NCBI RefSeq assembly: GCF_009914755.1
Contig: NC_060939.1
Reading direction: 5' to 3' (one strand)
Length of the DNA: 64,000 bases
Origin: the human T2T-CHM13v2.0 reference genome, Homo sapiens
A program made the position numbers and the translations under genes. Position 1 is the stretch's first letter. Each line of letters opens with the position of its first letter. The notes under the pieces were generated by a model. The model saw nothing but the letters and a program-made list of their open reading frames with translations. It made no database searches and was not told the origin of the DNA. Shown here piece by piece: positions 1 to 17,001 of this stretch.

Positions 1-406
1 CTGAACCTTCTCCTAGGCCCATCTGTGAACTTCCTTGTAAAATTCAGTTTTAGCAAAGAACCTTGCTAAGTCAGTTTAGCAAGAACCCCCATCTTTGATC
101 ATCCTCAGTATCAGATCAGGTTCTTCAGCCTCCACCATTCCCTAGCTGAGGTCTGATCAACCTGGCCTATCCTCAGTGAGAATGTTTAGGTTGGCTTAGC
201 CAAATCCTCCTTACCCCTAATGTTTCCTCTTAGTAATTTTCCATCCACTGACCCCCACCTGCCTATGCTGTATTCAGAGCTGAGCCCATCTCTCTCCCCA
301 GTGCAGAATCTCACTGCAGTGGTCTGGTCCCTACATCTATCACCATGTTCTAAATAAAGCCTTTCTTACCATGCTTTAACACGTTATCATTTTTTTTTCT
401 TTAGCA
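1..406 (+). mobile_element. ERV1 LTR, MER31-like (cut by window edge)
   Basis: Motifs GCTAAGTCAGTTTAGC and CTCTTAGTAATTTTCCATCCACTGACCCC, AATAAA, terminal CA; similar to 52402-52798. Confidence 0.7.
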
Positions 407-940
407 AGTTGAATAAACCATTCTCAAAAGCCATAGGTAATTACTGCTCAAAAGCTAATCTTTGCCAAACTTTTTCTGTGAAATGCACCTGTCTATAAAT
501 TCAGCGTAACTTCTGATAACAAGCTTACTTTCTGTCTCTGACAACACAGTAACAATCAGGACTTAAATGTTAAGATAACAAAATTCATCTCATTCTTCCA
601 TCATCATATATCGCATGAATATGACAATGAACACAAGCAGTCCAAGCTGATAGTCTAAGTATAATCTAGAAGACATTTTAACTGAAAGAGGTAGTAAGCT
701 ACTTCTCCCCACCTTTTTTTAAACAGCCATTCTCAGAAACCACAGAGTCAAAAACTCTGACCAGAGGGAAATTCAAGTTTTGAATCACATCTCAGGATGT
801 TAGGTAACCGTAGTCCTAGTCTTCCCAGCTGATGAACTATTAATATTTCCAAAGCATAAATAGCTTATAGCAGAAATCACACTGAGAACTTTGTCATTAC
901 ATACAAAAGGCAAAGCTTTCCTTAGATGACAAAATTCTAA

Positions 941-1075
941 AGCAGTAATTCTTAAATTTTACCATGCAGCAGAATCATTTGGAGGGCCTGTTAGAACACA
1001 GACTGAGGCCTGAGACTGCACTTACAAGTTCTCAGGTGATGCCCGTGCTGCTGCTCCAGGGACCATACTCTGACA
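941..1075. mobile_element. MER5A-like hAT-Charlie MITE fragment
   Basis: GCAGAATCATTTGGAGGGC...ACAAGTTCTCAGGTGATGC...GGGACCATACT. Confidence 0.55.
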
Positions 1076-2513
1076 ATATCTTGGAGAATCTGAAACTGTG
1101 CAAATATTGTGCAAATTTTGAGCTTGTTTAAATGGAAGGAAAACAAAGGCATAAGAGCCACACAGATGTTTCTGAAATCATATAAAGACTCTCCCAACAG
1201 CTGGGTCTGTGATCCATGGCCAAAAGAAGTAGAGTAGCAAAAACAGTTGCTAAAAAAACTGTGTCACTATGATTTCAAAACAATGACTTTTATCTTGGAT
1301 TTGTTCAGTTTTCCAGTGTATACACTGACAGGATGCTTCAATTTACCATTTATTGAGGTCCTGTTTACCAAGGACTGTGCACAGGGATAAACTTTGTTCC
1401 TAAACAGATTTCAACCTTGCAAGACACAAGACAGAATAATCAAAATACAATACCACTGACAACAGCACTTCTATGACAGGTATGTACAACAGGAACATAT
1501 ATAAAAAATAATTTTGTTGGACTAACGTATACCTAGAAAGCTCATGCATTGAAATCTAAATCTAGCCTTGTCAGTTGCGGGGAGAGATGGTCTTGTTCTA
1601 GGCAAGAGGAAACACCATGAGCACAGTATTACAATTAGTAGGAATGAGTTCTAGATAAAGGTGAAAAAATTCAACATTTTTTGAGTGCTATTATATGTCA
1701 AGCACCTATTAAGTGCTCATGCTATTCAGAAAAATATCCTCAAGACCTCACAATATAGGGAGAATGACAGGTATCCTGTAAGCTATGAAGAGCATATTCT
1801 AAAATAAGCAGCTTGGGCTTCTTTCCATAGAACAAGGGGTATGACTGCTCTGACTGGTGGCAGTACAATGGCTGTCAGAAATAAGGAAGTCAACAAGGAG
1901 TTAAGAAGCTCCTTCAATAATCCAAATGAAAAATAGTCTGAACTAATTAAGAGTGGCTGTGGGAATGGTGAGAAGGTAACAGACATGAGAAATGTTTACA
2001 AGATAGAATCAAATGAACTTATTGACGTGGGGTGGGCAGTGATACTATAACTGTAATAAGGGAAAGCAGGCTGAGCTGGCTTTACAGACATCTGGAGATA
2101 TCCAAATGTAGTTAAAAATAAGGATCTGATATGCAGGAGAGAGGTGGAGGCTGGAAATATGCACTTGGGAATCATCAGCTTATGGACGTTGAAGCCATGG
2201 GAGGAGATGAGCTGACTCAGGGAGGATGAAAAAGAAACTGAGAATGGAACTTTCTACATAATTATACTTCTTTCCAAATGATTCACCACTGAATGCAATG
2301 CACTTTCACTAGGATAAAATACCCCAAGTTAGGAACTAATTCCCTTCCCATATCTAGACAACACTTTTAATAATGTCAAGTAAATATTTTATTACTTTGC
2401 TTCAGAAGACTTAAAACTCCATGTCAATGACTCAGATATAAGGCACAGTATCCATACCAGAAGGTCTCAAAGCAGCATTAGACTTCGCTTGAGTAGAGTG
2501 TGTAATGCTATTA

Positions 2514-2882
<369 letters not shown>

Positions 2883-2914
2883 TTACCTTTGGAAATGCTT
2901 TTTTCCCCTTACTT

Positions 2915-3666
<752 letters not shown>

Positions 3667-4599
3667 GGAATGCTTTCTGTGGAGAAAAAGCTAACGCATA
3701 ATCCCAACCAAATTTTCTCAACTTTTAAAAAGGAAAACAAGCGGAATCTCAGCCTAAAGCCCAAAGCTAAACCAACTCCCACTCTGCAGTAAAGAGTACT
3801 GAAAAGAAACAAAGCCAATATGCCACGGACCAGTGATTCTAGAGAAAATATTAACAGAAATAGTAACCCCTATTTTAGACTGTGATAAAAGTTCATGAAA
3901 TATTACAATGTTTATGCCCCTTTTCCTACCCTTCTGGTCCCCTCCAGTATTTCTGTAAAGATTAAACAAATATGATTTTGGAAAATAAGGATATGATAGT
4001 GATACACAGGCAACTGAACAAGAGACTCTTCACTTCCACAATGGCATGAAATGGGAACATTTTCCCCCCTCTAGGCCCCAGTGGTTTCTCAATTTAAAAA
4101 AAATTGAGGATGCTCAGCAGAACTTTACTGAGTCTTATTTTGAATCTTGAAAAATGAGACAAATTTGACTCCGTTACATATGGACCATATGGACAATGTG
4201 CTGAAACTGCAAACATTCCCACTACTTAAGTTGTGATAGTAGCAAAAATTATTTATACAGTTACACTGAGCCAGAGTCCAAAGAATATTTGATATTTGGT
4301 ATGACACAGTTTATGAAGATCCTGTATTTGTCCCTGAATTCTCAACAACTCATATAATTATTGTTCATTCAGGAAGACAATCATTCTTAAAGTAATACGC
4401 AATTTCACTCCCATTAAATGGGAATTTATCACGTATTCAACTCACTGTTAAATAATTAAAAGTTCCCACTTGTGGAATTTAGTATGCCAATCTCGAAACA
4501 GACTATCAAGAACATTTTCTTAAAATTAAATATGCTCCCAAACAGTAAAATACTATTCAATGCAAAAACAAAACAAAACAAAACAAAAACAAAACAAAC

Positions 4600-5105
4600 T
4601 CTCAAGCCATGAAAAGCCAAGGAGAGACCTTAAATGCATATTACTAAGTGAAATAAGCCAATCTGAAAAGGGTACACAGTATGATTCCAACTACATATAT
4701 GACATTCTGAAAAAGGCAAAACTATAGAGACAATAAAAAGATCAGTGGTCCCAGGAGATAAGAAGGAAGGAGGGATGAAGAGGTAGTACACAGGGGATTT
4801 TTAGGACAGTGAAACTATCTGTATAATACTCTAATGATTAGCGTATGTAACTATATATTTCTCAAAACTCATAGTATGCACAACATCAAGAATGAACCCT
4901 AAACTCAAAGTCCTAAACTGTGATCTTTGAGTGATGATGTGTCAGTGTAGGTTCATCAACTGTAACAAATGTACCACTCTGGTGGGAATGTGATAGTGGG
5001 GGCTGTATGTGTGTGGGGACAGGGGGTACATGGGAACTCTCTGTACTTCCTGCTCAATTTTGCTGTGAACCTAAAATTGCTCTAAAAATGCAGTCGATTT
5101 TTTTA
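4600..5105 (+). mobile_element. L1MC-type 3' end
   Basis: AAATGCATATTACTAAGTGAAA...AAAGGCAAAACTAT...TGTAACAAATGTACCACTCTGGTG...TGTGAACCTAAAA. Confidence 0.8.
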
Positions 5106-5309
5106 AATTAAAAGTATCAACTGAAAAATACTTATAATCATGTACTGAGGTTTATTTGCACTTGACACTGAGCATATCTGATTGGAATTTTTTAAATGAT
5201 ACATAAATGCAAAGCTACTTTTGAGCAAGCAAAAATAACTTCTGCTCGGACAAGCTAGTAATGGTCACCTATCTTGTGTTTCTGATGCAAGCACAGAAAA
5301 CATGGGACA

Positions 5310-5615
5310 GGTTGGGCCTAGTGGCTCATGCTTGTAATCCCAACACGGGAAGGCCAAGGCAGGAGGATCGCTTGAGCCCAGGAGTTCAAGACCAGCCTGG
5401 GTAACATAGGGAGACCCTGTGTCTTACAAAAATGTGAAGAATTAGCCAGGCATGGTGGTATGTACCTATAGTCCCAGCTACTCAAGAGGCTAAGGTGGAG
5501 GAACACCTGGACCCAGGAGGTCGAAGCTGCAATAAACCGTGATCACACCACTGCACTCTAACCTAGGCCCACAGAGCGAGATCCTGTCTCCAAAAAAAAA
5601 AAAAAAAGGAAGAAA
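5310..5615 (+). mobile_element. AluJ
   Basis: TSD AGAAAACATGGGAC on both sides. Confidence 0.92.
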
Positions 5616-5655
5616 AGAAAACATGGGACTCTTAAACCTTAAGATCTATCAGACT

Positions 5656-5960
5656 GGCCAGGCGCAGTGGCTCATGCCTATAATCCCAGCACTTTGGGAG
5701 GCTGAGGTGGGCGGATCACGAGGTCAGGAGATTGAGACCATCCTGGCTAACACGGTGAAACCCCGCCTCTACTAAAAAAAATACAAAAAATTAGCCGGGC
5801 GTGGTGGCCAGTGCCTGTAGTCTCAGCTACGTGGGAGGCTGAGGCAGGACAATGGCGTGAACCCGGGAGGCGGAGCTTGCAGTGAGCAGAGATGCGCCAC
5901 TGCACTCCAGCCTGGGCGACAGAGCCAGACTCTGTCTCAAAAATAAATAAATAAATAAAC
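5656..5960 (+). mobile_element. AluY
   Basis: AATGGCGTGAACCCGGGAGGCGGAGCTTGCAG diagnostics; TSD ATCTATCAGACT. Confidence 0.93.
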
Positions 5961-6777
5961 AAATCTATCAGACTTCAACTAGGCTATCTTAATTAATGCT
6001 CTCCTAACTCCATTAAACAGAAATCTCCCATCATAAGGAAAAGAATGTCATAGGAGGAAATCTCCTAAGCCTTTATCACGTTAAATGCCCAGGAGAATAA
6101 ATTACACTTATGGGTAAGGTAACCATATAATTTGTCATCTAAACCTGAATCCTTCTGAGAGTGAAAGGGGTGCTGTTAATAATTCTGACAGGGCAACAGG
6201 CACAAACTGAGAATTATGATTACTCAACTTACAGGGAACCTGGAGGATGTATTATGTAAGATTAAGCAATTAGAGTGGAGATATCCCAGAATAAAATTCT
6301 AGGTCAATAAACTTCCAATTCTAAATACAGTATATTTGTGATTTAAAAACCTTCCCCAAAACCTGGAGCAATAATTTTCCAAGAATCCCTTTGATTGTTA
6401 AATATCTGAGTCTCAGATTCAAATGTATCAAGTCCTCCAAAGCACCTCCAAAATTCCTATTTTATTTTTATCTATTAAAATTATAAATCTTCCACCTTAT
6501 TCTTCTACATTCAATATTAATTGGTAACTATACCACCCTTAGCTAATTTTTCCATTAACTAGAACCTATTGTCTTAGAATAAAGTACACAATTCAAGGCC
6601 CTACTGCTCCAAAAGAAAATGCCTCTCTTGATTTTAAATGGTAGTATACAAAGATCAATGAACAGTAATATTTACAAAAGGTAGTTCTCCACTTAGTAAT
6701 TTCAGATTATCATATTTAGTAAAATCATAAACTCTGGTTAAAAAAAAACAGGCCAAGATTGTGTCAGCTAGCAATGA

Positions 6778-7506
<729 letters not shown>

Positions 7507-10500
7507 TTATAGAAATCATTCCATTTAATAAATACATACACATATATTAAAACCTGAAACCTCAGTTCCCTTGTGTATATAACCAGAAGACTGGAATGGA
7601 CAATTTCTAAGGTCCTTTCAGCTTTAATATTCAGCAAATCTATGTATTTGTAGATGTAATTGATGAATTAATTCAAATGCCATATTCTATGAATCCATGA
7701 AGATGCACAAGGTAAGAAGAAAGAATATATGTTAACAGATTATAAATTATTTGGAAACCAGGATATGTCTCTAATTTTGTTTCCCCACAGTGCCTTGCTG
7801 CACACATTATACTCAATATTTGTTAAAAGAAAGGTGAGGAATAAGATTCTTATTAATGAAGGATTAAGAAAAAAATCCTTTCATTAAATTGCAACCTATT
7901 AAAAACTTAAAATGTACTAGTCATGTTAATAAATGTATAATAAATGAAACCATCTTTCTTTGATTAGTGGAGTTTTTCATAGAAAGGTAGCCATCAGAGC
8001 CATCTTTCTTAATATCAACAGAATCATATTAATACATTCTAAAAGACTAGACTTTGTTATATTTGAATTTACCACAGATACCTTAGAAGTTACCTTTTGT
8101 TTAAAAAAATCAAATCCCTAATGTCAGTTTGTTTTCTAACAAGCAAGGGAATAAATTTGAGTTTAAAATAGATTTCTTATTTGAGTTTTTACTTTACAGT
8201 TAGGTTTCAACTTAACCACTGTTTTCCAAGTTAGGTAGTGATGCTGCTCATCACTAGGTCTAAAAGAGATGGATGTTCACAGTTTCTGTGAAACTCCTAG
8301 CATCAAAAACAAACAGCTTAACAATCTTTTTTTTTTTTTTTTAAAGATAATCTTGAAGAAAACCATGGTGGGCCAGGGATGGACAGGGAATAGGACACTT
8401 TTTAACTATTCTTAAAAAATAAAAAAGAACATTTCAAAAAGATTACTGAGCACATAACTAATGTCTCTGAAAGGAAATTCATTGTAACAGCAGCTAGCCT
8501 TTATTGATCATTTGTGTTAGACATAACGCAAAGTATATCATAATTTAATTTGCTACATAAAGATACAGTCTACCTCTTAAGGTTGCTTTTGCCATTCTAC
8601 ACAGTACAGAGGAATGATGCACACCTTGGCAGTATACTTCCAGAGCTTGCAATCACTACACTATACTGCCTCACTGACAGCAATGCTTTTACTATAAACA
8701 ATCAGAACTAAACAATATCCTATATACATTATTTAATCCAAACACATTTTATCTTAGAAAGACTGTACACAGTGAGTTCCACTTCTCTGTCATCAAGGTT
8801 AACAGTTCAGGCCTTTATCACTACACTTTCATCCCCGATCTGAATTACCTATACAAAAAGTCTATGTGGGCCTATGAGTTTAAAAGGCATTTGGCATTAC
8901 TAACAAAGACCGATTTTTAAAAGCTGATGTTCCTAACTAGTAAACTGGAACTTGGCAGTAGGTTTCCAGTTCTTACTGACAGATCTCCAAGATGGTTACT
9001 AAAATGATACGCCCCTAAGATTTTCTTCCCACCAAGAAGGGATGAAAATAGCAGGTTCATCCTCTTTCCAACCAGAGACTTAACAGCACATTTCTGCACT
9101 CTATCATGTACATATACCTGGATTTCAAAACTCGGGTAAGTGACAGGTAGCTCTTTCTTCCCCAGAGGTTGGCAAGCCTTGTAATAAAAATTATTTTACT
9201 GAATCCATTTTGCATAGGGTAATTATATTTGTGCTATTTTATACATTCTATCTTAAATGGGTCATCTTTTCTGTTGGTCTTATTTCAACAATGGACATAT
9301 ATATAAGTATCTTAATTCTCAGTTTTACAAAGTATGCACAGGACCTCTTCCGTGCAGGTATCAAGACTGACCAAGTACATTATGAACCAAAGGTACAAAA
9401 CACTCTTATGCAAAAACTTTAAAAGTAGGTCTACAAAGGGGTCATCCATTTTTCAATTTAAAAACCCGGCTCCACAGACCCTAAAGATTCTTTGGAACAC
9501 TTATGGGACTCCCTCTACCCCTCAAACAGCTCTACTTGTATCTAATTAACAACAACAAACTTTCTGCAGCTAAAGGTTGAAAACTCCTAAATCTAATTCT
9601 TGCCCCAAATTAACACTCAGATATACCACGGGCCAAAGAGGCTATACTTTAGTTGCAGAACCCTTAGCTAGAATTCAAATATTCTGACTCCTGTTCACTA
9701 ATGCTCTATCCACTAAAACCTGCTGCCTCCTCAGTCCCTCAGGAAATCCCAAAATTCAGCCAATTGTCCAAATCTATTCTATTCTCCCTTCACAATTACT
9801 TCTTATTTCTACTCTCCTCAACTTGTTTCAGGTCTGTATTACCTCGTAACTACATGATTAAGTAGAATTTTCACCTCTGCAGTGAGGTAGAGAGTCAGGT
9901 TATACTACTTACCTAGTGTCCCAAACACCAGTAAAAAATATTGCTGCTTGTCTTGAAAAGGGACAGCAAAATTGTTTCCAGAATGCTTTCGCTAAAAATT
10001 AGCAGAGCTGTCCCAGGAGTTACCCACATGGCTAAGATATTAAATGTGTGAACACTGAAGACTTCAGCCAAAAACTGGATAAAATTGAAGTAGTATATTT
10101 TTCTATTCCATTTAATGAAGCTTTTCCCTGCTTCCCTCTCAGTAGGCCAATTTCAATATCAAGAATGCAGTCACTATCAACATAATTCCCTTTGGTGACA
10201 ATTAGTAACAACAGATGTATTCCAGCAGTTCCATACGTTTACATAAATGAAAATATCTGTCACTCCAATTACTATATTCAAAAAAAGACTATAAATACCA
10301 AGATGAATTGTAACATACTACTAAATGCAAAGCATCACAGTATGTAAATGACATGCCTACATAAACCAAGCTTTGAAAGGATACACAACAAACTACTAAC
10401 ACTGCTAACTAAAAAGCAGGAATATCAAGGAGTAAAAGGAAGAACTTCAACATTTTAAACACCAAAGTATTATTTGAAGTTATCATGTAAGCAAATCCTT

Positions 10501-11762
10501 TCATAATTTTTAAAAATCCAATAACTTTTTCCTTCTTTCAAAAAGCTGAATGAAATAATTCAGTATCAAAATGTTGGCTAACCACTATCCAATGCAGGAG
10601 GATTCATCCTTCCTAACTAACCACTGGTATTCCCGCCTGTGGTTAGTTACAGCTATTCTTTGGAAATTTGACCTGATGAAAACTTCACTAAATTCTAGGC
10701 ACAGATGGCTGACAAGCTTATGTATCTGGTTACCTCAGGCTCACCTACTACTGGGCCTGTCAAGTTTTTCCAGTGGTATATTTTGAGAGTTCAAGACTTG
10801 ACACAATTCTTTAGTTCTTTCTGTGACAAACAGATAGTGTTGCAGAATGGTAAGGTGACACTCTACTAAGACACTACTAAAAACACATTCCACTCAAACT
10901 CCCATTCGGCTTTACAAAGCTGCTGAAATACACACACGTGTTACTAAAATACAAATGCCAGGAAAGCTCATTCTTCTGATAACTTCTGAGCAATTTTCAC
11001 TATAACCTAATGTTCCTACAGCAAGAACTACTACTTTATATACTCTACTGGTGTTTTTTTCTCCCTTTAATGCATATCAAAATTTGCCCTTTCATCCTCC
11101 AGCTGTAAAGTCTGACTACCCCTAGCACCACTCCACCTCATAATTGAATTTTTAATGTCTACTTGCCACTGAGTAGCAAATTCTATGCTCCATGGGCAGA
11201 CGTTTCGTTTCACAACGTTTCACGTATGCTACTCCACAGTAAGTGGTAGCTCTGCAGGGAAGCAAGTACCACATAGCTCACAATCAATATTCATTACTAG
11301 CCGCCTGCCTGGAATTCTTTCTGCCTCGATGTCCTCACTTCCATCAGGAATTAATTTCCTTTGTGACTAGGCCTTGAAGACCAGCTGAGCTGTTTCTGAG
11401 AAACATGGGCATTATGACCCTTTGGGGATTAAAAGAGTTAAAAAAAATATATGTTAGAAAGATCTCTACCATACAAAGAAAGTCATTAAACAGCTATTAG
11501 GAAATGCAAAAATACCCACTCACAATATGGAAACACTCCTGCTCAATAAACACCAGTCATCTAAACTTTTATATTACACTTAGAATATGGAACCACTACC
11601 TCTCTGTCTAAAAAGGATTAAAATAGAATTTAAAAATTTTAAGTGGCAAATGTTTATCTAGAAACAACTGAAGATACCAGAAGAAACAGGATCAAGAAAG
11701 TATGTGTAAGAAGAGAATAAAATTAAGATAGGAAAAATAAAATAACTTTATAAGAAATTACA

Positions 11763-12250
<488 letters not shown>

Positions 12251-13562
12251 TAGTAACAATAAATTAACTTAAATTAAAAAATTTAAACTAAGGCATAGAG
12301 GTCTTTAAAAGGATTCCAAATCATATTGTAGAGGAAAACAAAGAGGGACAACAGAATTATGGTGATGGGAATAAAGCTTCTATTGCTTTAACTATTTAGA
12401 TCATTGTCTTAATTACTAATGTTTAAAAAGAAAACTTTCTGCTGCTAAAAGCTGAAAACAAGATGTACAGCAAGCTATGTACGTCTCTACAAAATTTTAC
12501 AAGAAGCAAGAAAATGTAAAACTTTCAAAACATTCACTGGAAAACTGGAAGAAAATAATATATCATAGTTTCCTAGTAAAACTCATGCTGCTAAATTTCT
12601 AAGTCAAGCAACAACTACCAAAACATGTCACTTCTATGGAACAACTTAATTTTGATGGTGCAATACATTACTGTAGTATTAGCAAAATTACCTGCTGCAA
12701 GACGGCTTCAAAAATAAAGACCACTGCTACCTGGATACATTAATGTTAAAAGCTAACCTGAAAGACCAAGGAGGGTGATCTACTGAAATAGTTTGGAATA
12801 AGCATATTTAGCGTTATAAGCATCAGGCTTCACACATCCTAAATGGTAAATAAGTTGTGTGTTAACCAAAAAAGTTCATTGTAATTACTTTCTAGCTTGT
12901 TAAAAATAAGAAGGGACTAATATCCTCTATATTAAAGATTTCAAATTTTATAATCATTTTACTATAGAACACATAGCTAGCTTTAAAACAACAGATTAAA
13001 AAGTAACCAAGATAACTGAATGGGTATTAGGGCAAAGAGAAAAGTTCACTAAGCACATGTATCTTGTGTCATGTACTGTACTGGGCATTGTATATATGCA
13101 GTCTCATTCTAACCACCATCCTGTGAGGTATGCGTTATGTCTAATAAGCGACTGAGAAAACAGAGGCTAAGAGAGATTAAGAGATTTGCCAAAAATCAGG
13201 GTTTCAACCTAATCTCTCAGGCTCCAAAATTCATAATATAATCCTTTGGTGAAAGGGACACAACTTAGAGGCCCACTGATAATTTTATTTCATCAGCACA
13301 GTGTTTTTAAATCCAACTTTCAGTGTTTTCAAAGCATGTATTCTCTAGTTTAGCAAATGGTACTTGTTTAGCTCTTGTGGTAAATGAGTTTGCAAACCCT
13401 GCTTTAATGCATGTCAACAAAAAGAGTAAAGGCAAGTCAACAGCTGTTCTCCTTGCCTTTCCATTCCTAGAAGGCATGTGGCTTTGACTACTGATAGTCC
13501 TAGGGACTAAGTACTATAATCCTACCTCAGAGGACACTTACAAGTACAGGAACAAAATGAAG

Positions 13563-14255
13563 ATATTCTCAGTGGGGGTTGCCCTGCCTTTTATAGGGCA
13601 TTTTGGAAATTTCTCTATTTTTGGTTGACACAATGACTGAGGTGAAACTACTAGTCTTTAGTGGGCAGGCACCAAGGATTTGCAACATCCCACAAAGTAA
13701 GGAAAAGTCTTGCACAGTAAAGAATTGTCCCGCTTCCTATACCACTTTCAAATGACATTCAAGATGAAAAACTTGTTCTGAGCCCAGAACCCAACTCTGT
13801 TTTAAATATAACACAAAGTATTCTTGCATGATTTTAATCATCACTTAATTTTCCAGGAATGTAATTACTGTGTAAAGTGAGAATAGACTGTTCTTTCGTT
13901 CATTTGGAACTCTACCAAGAGCTGTTCACCTTTTCAGAAAATCACATTATCAACAGCAACACTGTCTATAGTATTCAATTCACCATTACAGCACAACTGT
14001 ATCGGTCTGAATTTGTAGCTTGGTTTTTCTAATATAAACAATGGGCTACTTCAATGTCTTTCTGTGCAGCCATCTCTTAGCACTTACAGACTGATCTAAA
14101 CATTGTATTATTAGAGTTACTTACCCTTATTTTCTCCTTTATATTACATTTAGGACATCAGATTGTTTTTTCTTCAATAACATGTAGGTAGGTCAAAACA
14201 TCTATGAATTTTATTTCAGGATAGTAAAAGGGAGCTACAAAAATTTGCTATAAAA
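13563..14255 (+). mobile_element. MER20B-like hAT-Charlie DNA transposon
   Basis: TTTTGGTTGACACAATGAC...AAAGAATTGTCC...CTGAGCCCAGAACCCAACTCTGTTTTA...TTTTCCAGGAATG. Confidence 0.6.
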
Positions 14256-15204
14256 AGTTAACACAGATAGACATCTGATTTCACTTTCAGTCACCTATCT
14301 CGGGGAGGAGAGAATGGGGATGAAAAATAACAAGGGTCCCTGTGACTAAATTTAACTTGAAGTGAGAGCAGTGAGCACACTACAAAGATTACAGAAATTC
14401 GATATTAACCTTCCCTAGTAGAGAGGAATAATTAATTCAATGAAAAGACTGGCCTATTAACAACCATCTAAAATGCACATTTTAATGATATGCTCATCAT
14501 TTGTCAAAAGAGCCAACCTTGAAATAATCTGGCCTTTCTCATTAGTACTTTATTTTTCCTCTTAACTTTCTTATGAACTACCAGAGTTGCAGTTAACCTA
14601 TTAAGGGTAAACACTATAAATACCATGCCCTATAACTCAAAGCTAAACAAGCATGCCATTTAAAAATATAGCAGTTTATTAAGCACTTCAGCATACATTG
14701 TAATTTAATCCCATAAAACTCTATGGGTTAAGTATTACACTAATTTTTAAAACAGAAACCAGAGTACTAAAATGCAAACAGACAGTATTACAGGGCTACT
14801 GCCAAATCCAGTGTTCTTTCTACTTAACTTCATTACCCAACAAGATGACCTTTTCAGTATAGTTCTTATTCACATTTTATATTTACAATGGTAATTTCCT
14901 ACTTTCATAAAAACTATAAGTTACTTTTAGTACTTTTTAAAATTACCTTAAATATATTTCAAATAAATATGGGTAAGTATAACTAGGGTTATGTTTCATG
15001 TTCCTTAATATCATTCTCCCTGGAACCTATTCCACTGTTCGAGTCCTCTTATTCTTATAGGCACCACTCCTTGCCTTAGCCCATAACAAAAGGACAAAAG
15101 GGAGAGCTCTTACAATGAATTACTGATAAACAGGGACAAACCACTACTAAAAACTCATCAAACCATGATTTTCTTAGTACTGAAATTTAGTTATAAAGTA
15201 ATCA

Positions 15205-15384
<180 letters not shown>

Positions 15385-16568
15385 TTAACATCCACTTTCT
15401 GACTCTCTAAATCAGGTGGTTACAATTCAGCAAGTGAAAATTATTTTGAACCCATTAGAAAGAAAAGGGTGTGGTCAATCACATCTTCATTTATACCTTT
15501 TTCTTCTTCCAAACCAAGAATACAAATATATTCCAAGCCCCCAGGCACAAATATGGAAAAGGGCAATCCTTAAACGAGAAGTCCCAGAAACATCCTTATC
15601 ATATACCCTTTAGGCAATAATGCCCTAAATTTTTAAATATTTTAGGTAAGAAGAGGGAGAATTGTTTTAAAAAAAAAAAAAAAAAGCCTGACGCCCTCAG
15701 CCCACCTTCTTCTCGAAAACAGCTTTAATTTCAGAGAATAAATGAAAAAAATTACTGTCAGATATAAGGTAGCTGAACTGAAGAAAACACATATAGAAAT
15801 GTGAGGTTATCAAAATAAAACAATGCTACTCTAACCTATATTTTCTCATACAAAATTTGCAATGCAACATGATTTTGTCCATATTAAATCTACTTTAGGA
15901 AGGTTTCTTTTAATACACAAAAACCTCACCAAATTACAAGGCTGTCTTTTAAGTTCTAACTGGAAGGCCAAAATAGCAAAGATACATTCTTCCAGGGTTG
16001 CCATATTACGTAAATAAAAATTCTTCATTTTTGATCTGAAATTCAAATATAACTGGGCAACCTATATTTTATCTGACAACCCTACACTCTTCAAACTAAA
16101 GTGAGCTCCCACCTCTACCAAGGTATTACAGCACCAGCTCCCACTTCTAAAGACAGGCTGTGGCTTCTATCACAGCAGGATTTTAACTAATGAAGTCTTA
16201 GGAGTTAGGATGAAAGTGTCCTTTTCCAGGTTTTTAATAGCATACATTTACCATATAAAAGAAAAAGCTTAATTTCTAATGGCCAAAGGTTATACTTTTA
16301 CTAGGTTTCATATAAAGTCTAACGGGCTCTTTATTATCTAGGCTTCTTTGTATTCAACACGTATTGGAAGGATTTCATAGTTTAGCTTTTTGATAACAAA
16401 AAGAAGTTGCTTCTGAAGGTTATAGTAAGCAAAATTCTGTTCTAATATCACAGGCAAGTCCTAAAAGCTACCTTAATGGATTCCAAAGTTAATCTACCAT
16501 TTTACTTGGATTCATAATCATAGAAGTTTAGAGCTAGAAACACTAATTTCTGATCTTTAAAAACTTCT

Positions 16569-17001
<433 letters not shown>

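Noticed and set aside
11167-11419. Exon-like block with CTAAC branch point and a GC donor
   Set aside because: Immediate stop in phase 1, and the GC donor lacks the strong CAG exonic consensus.
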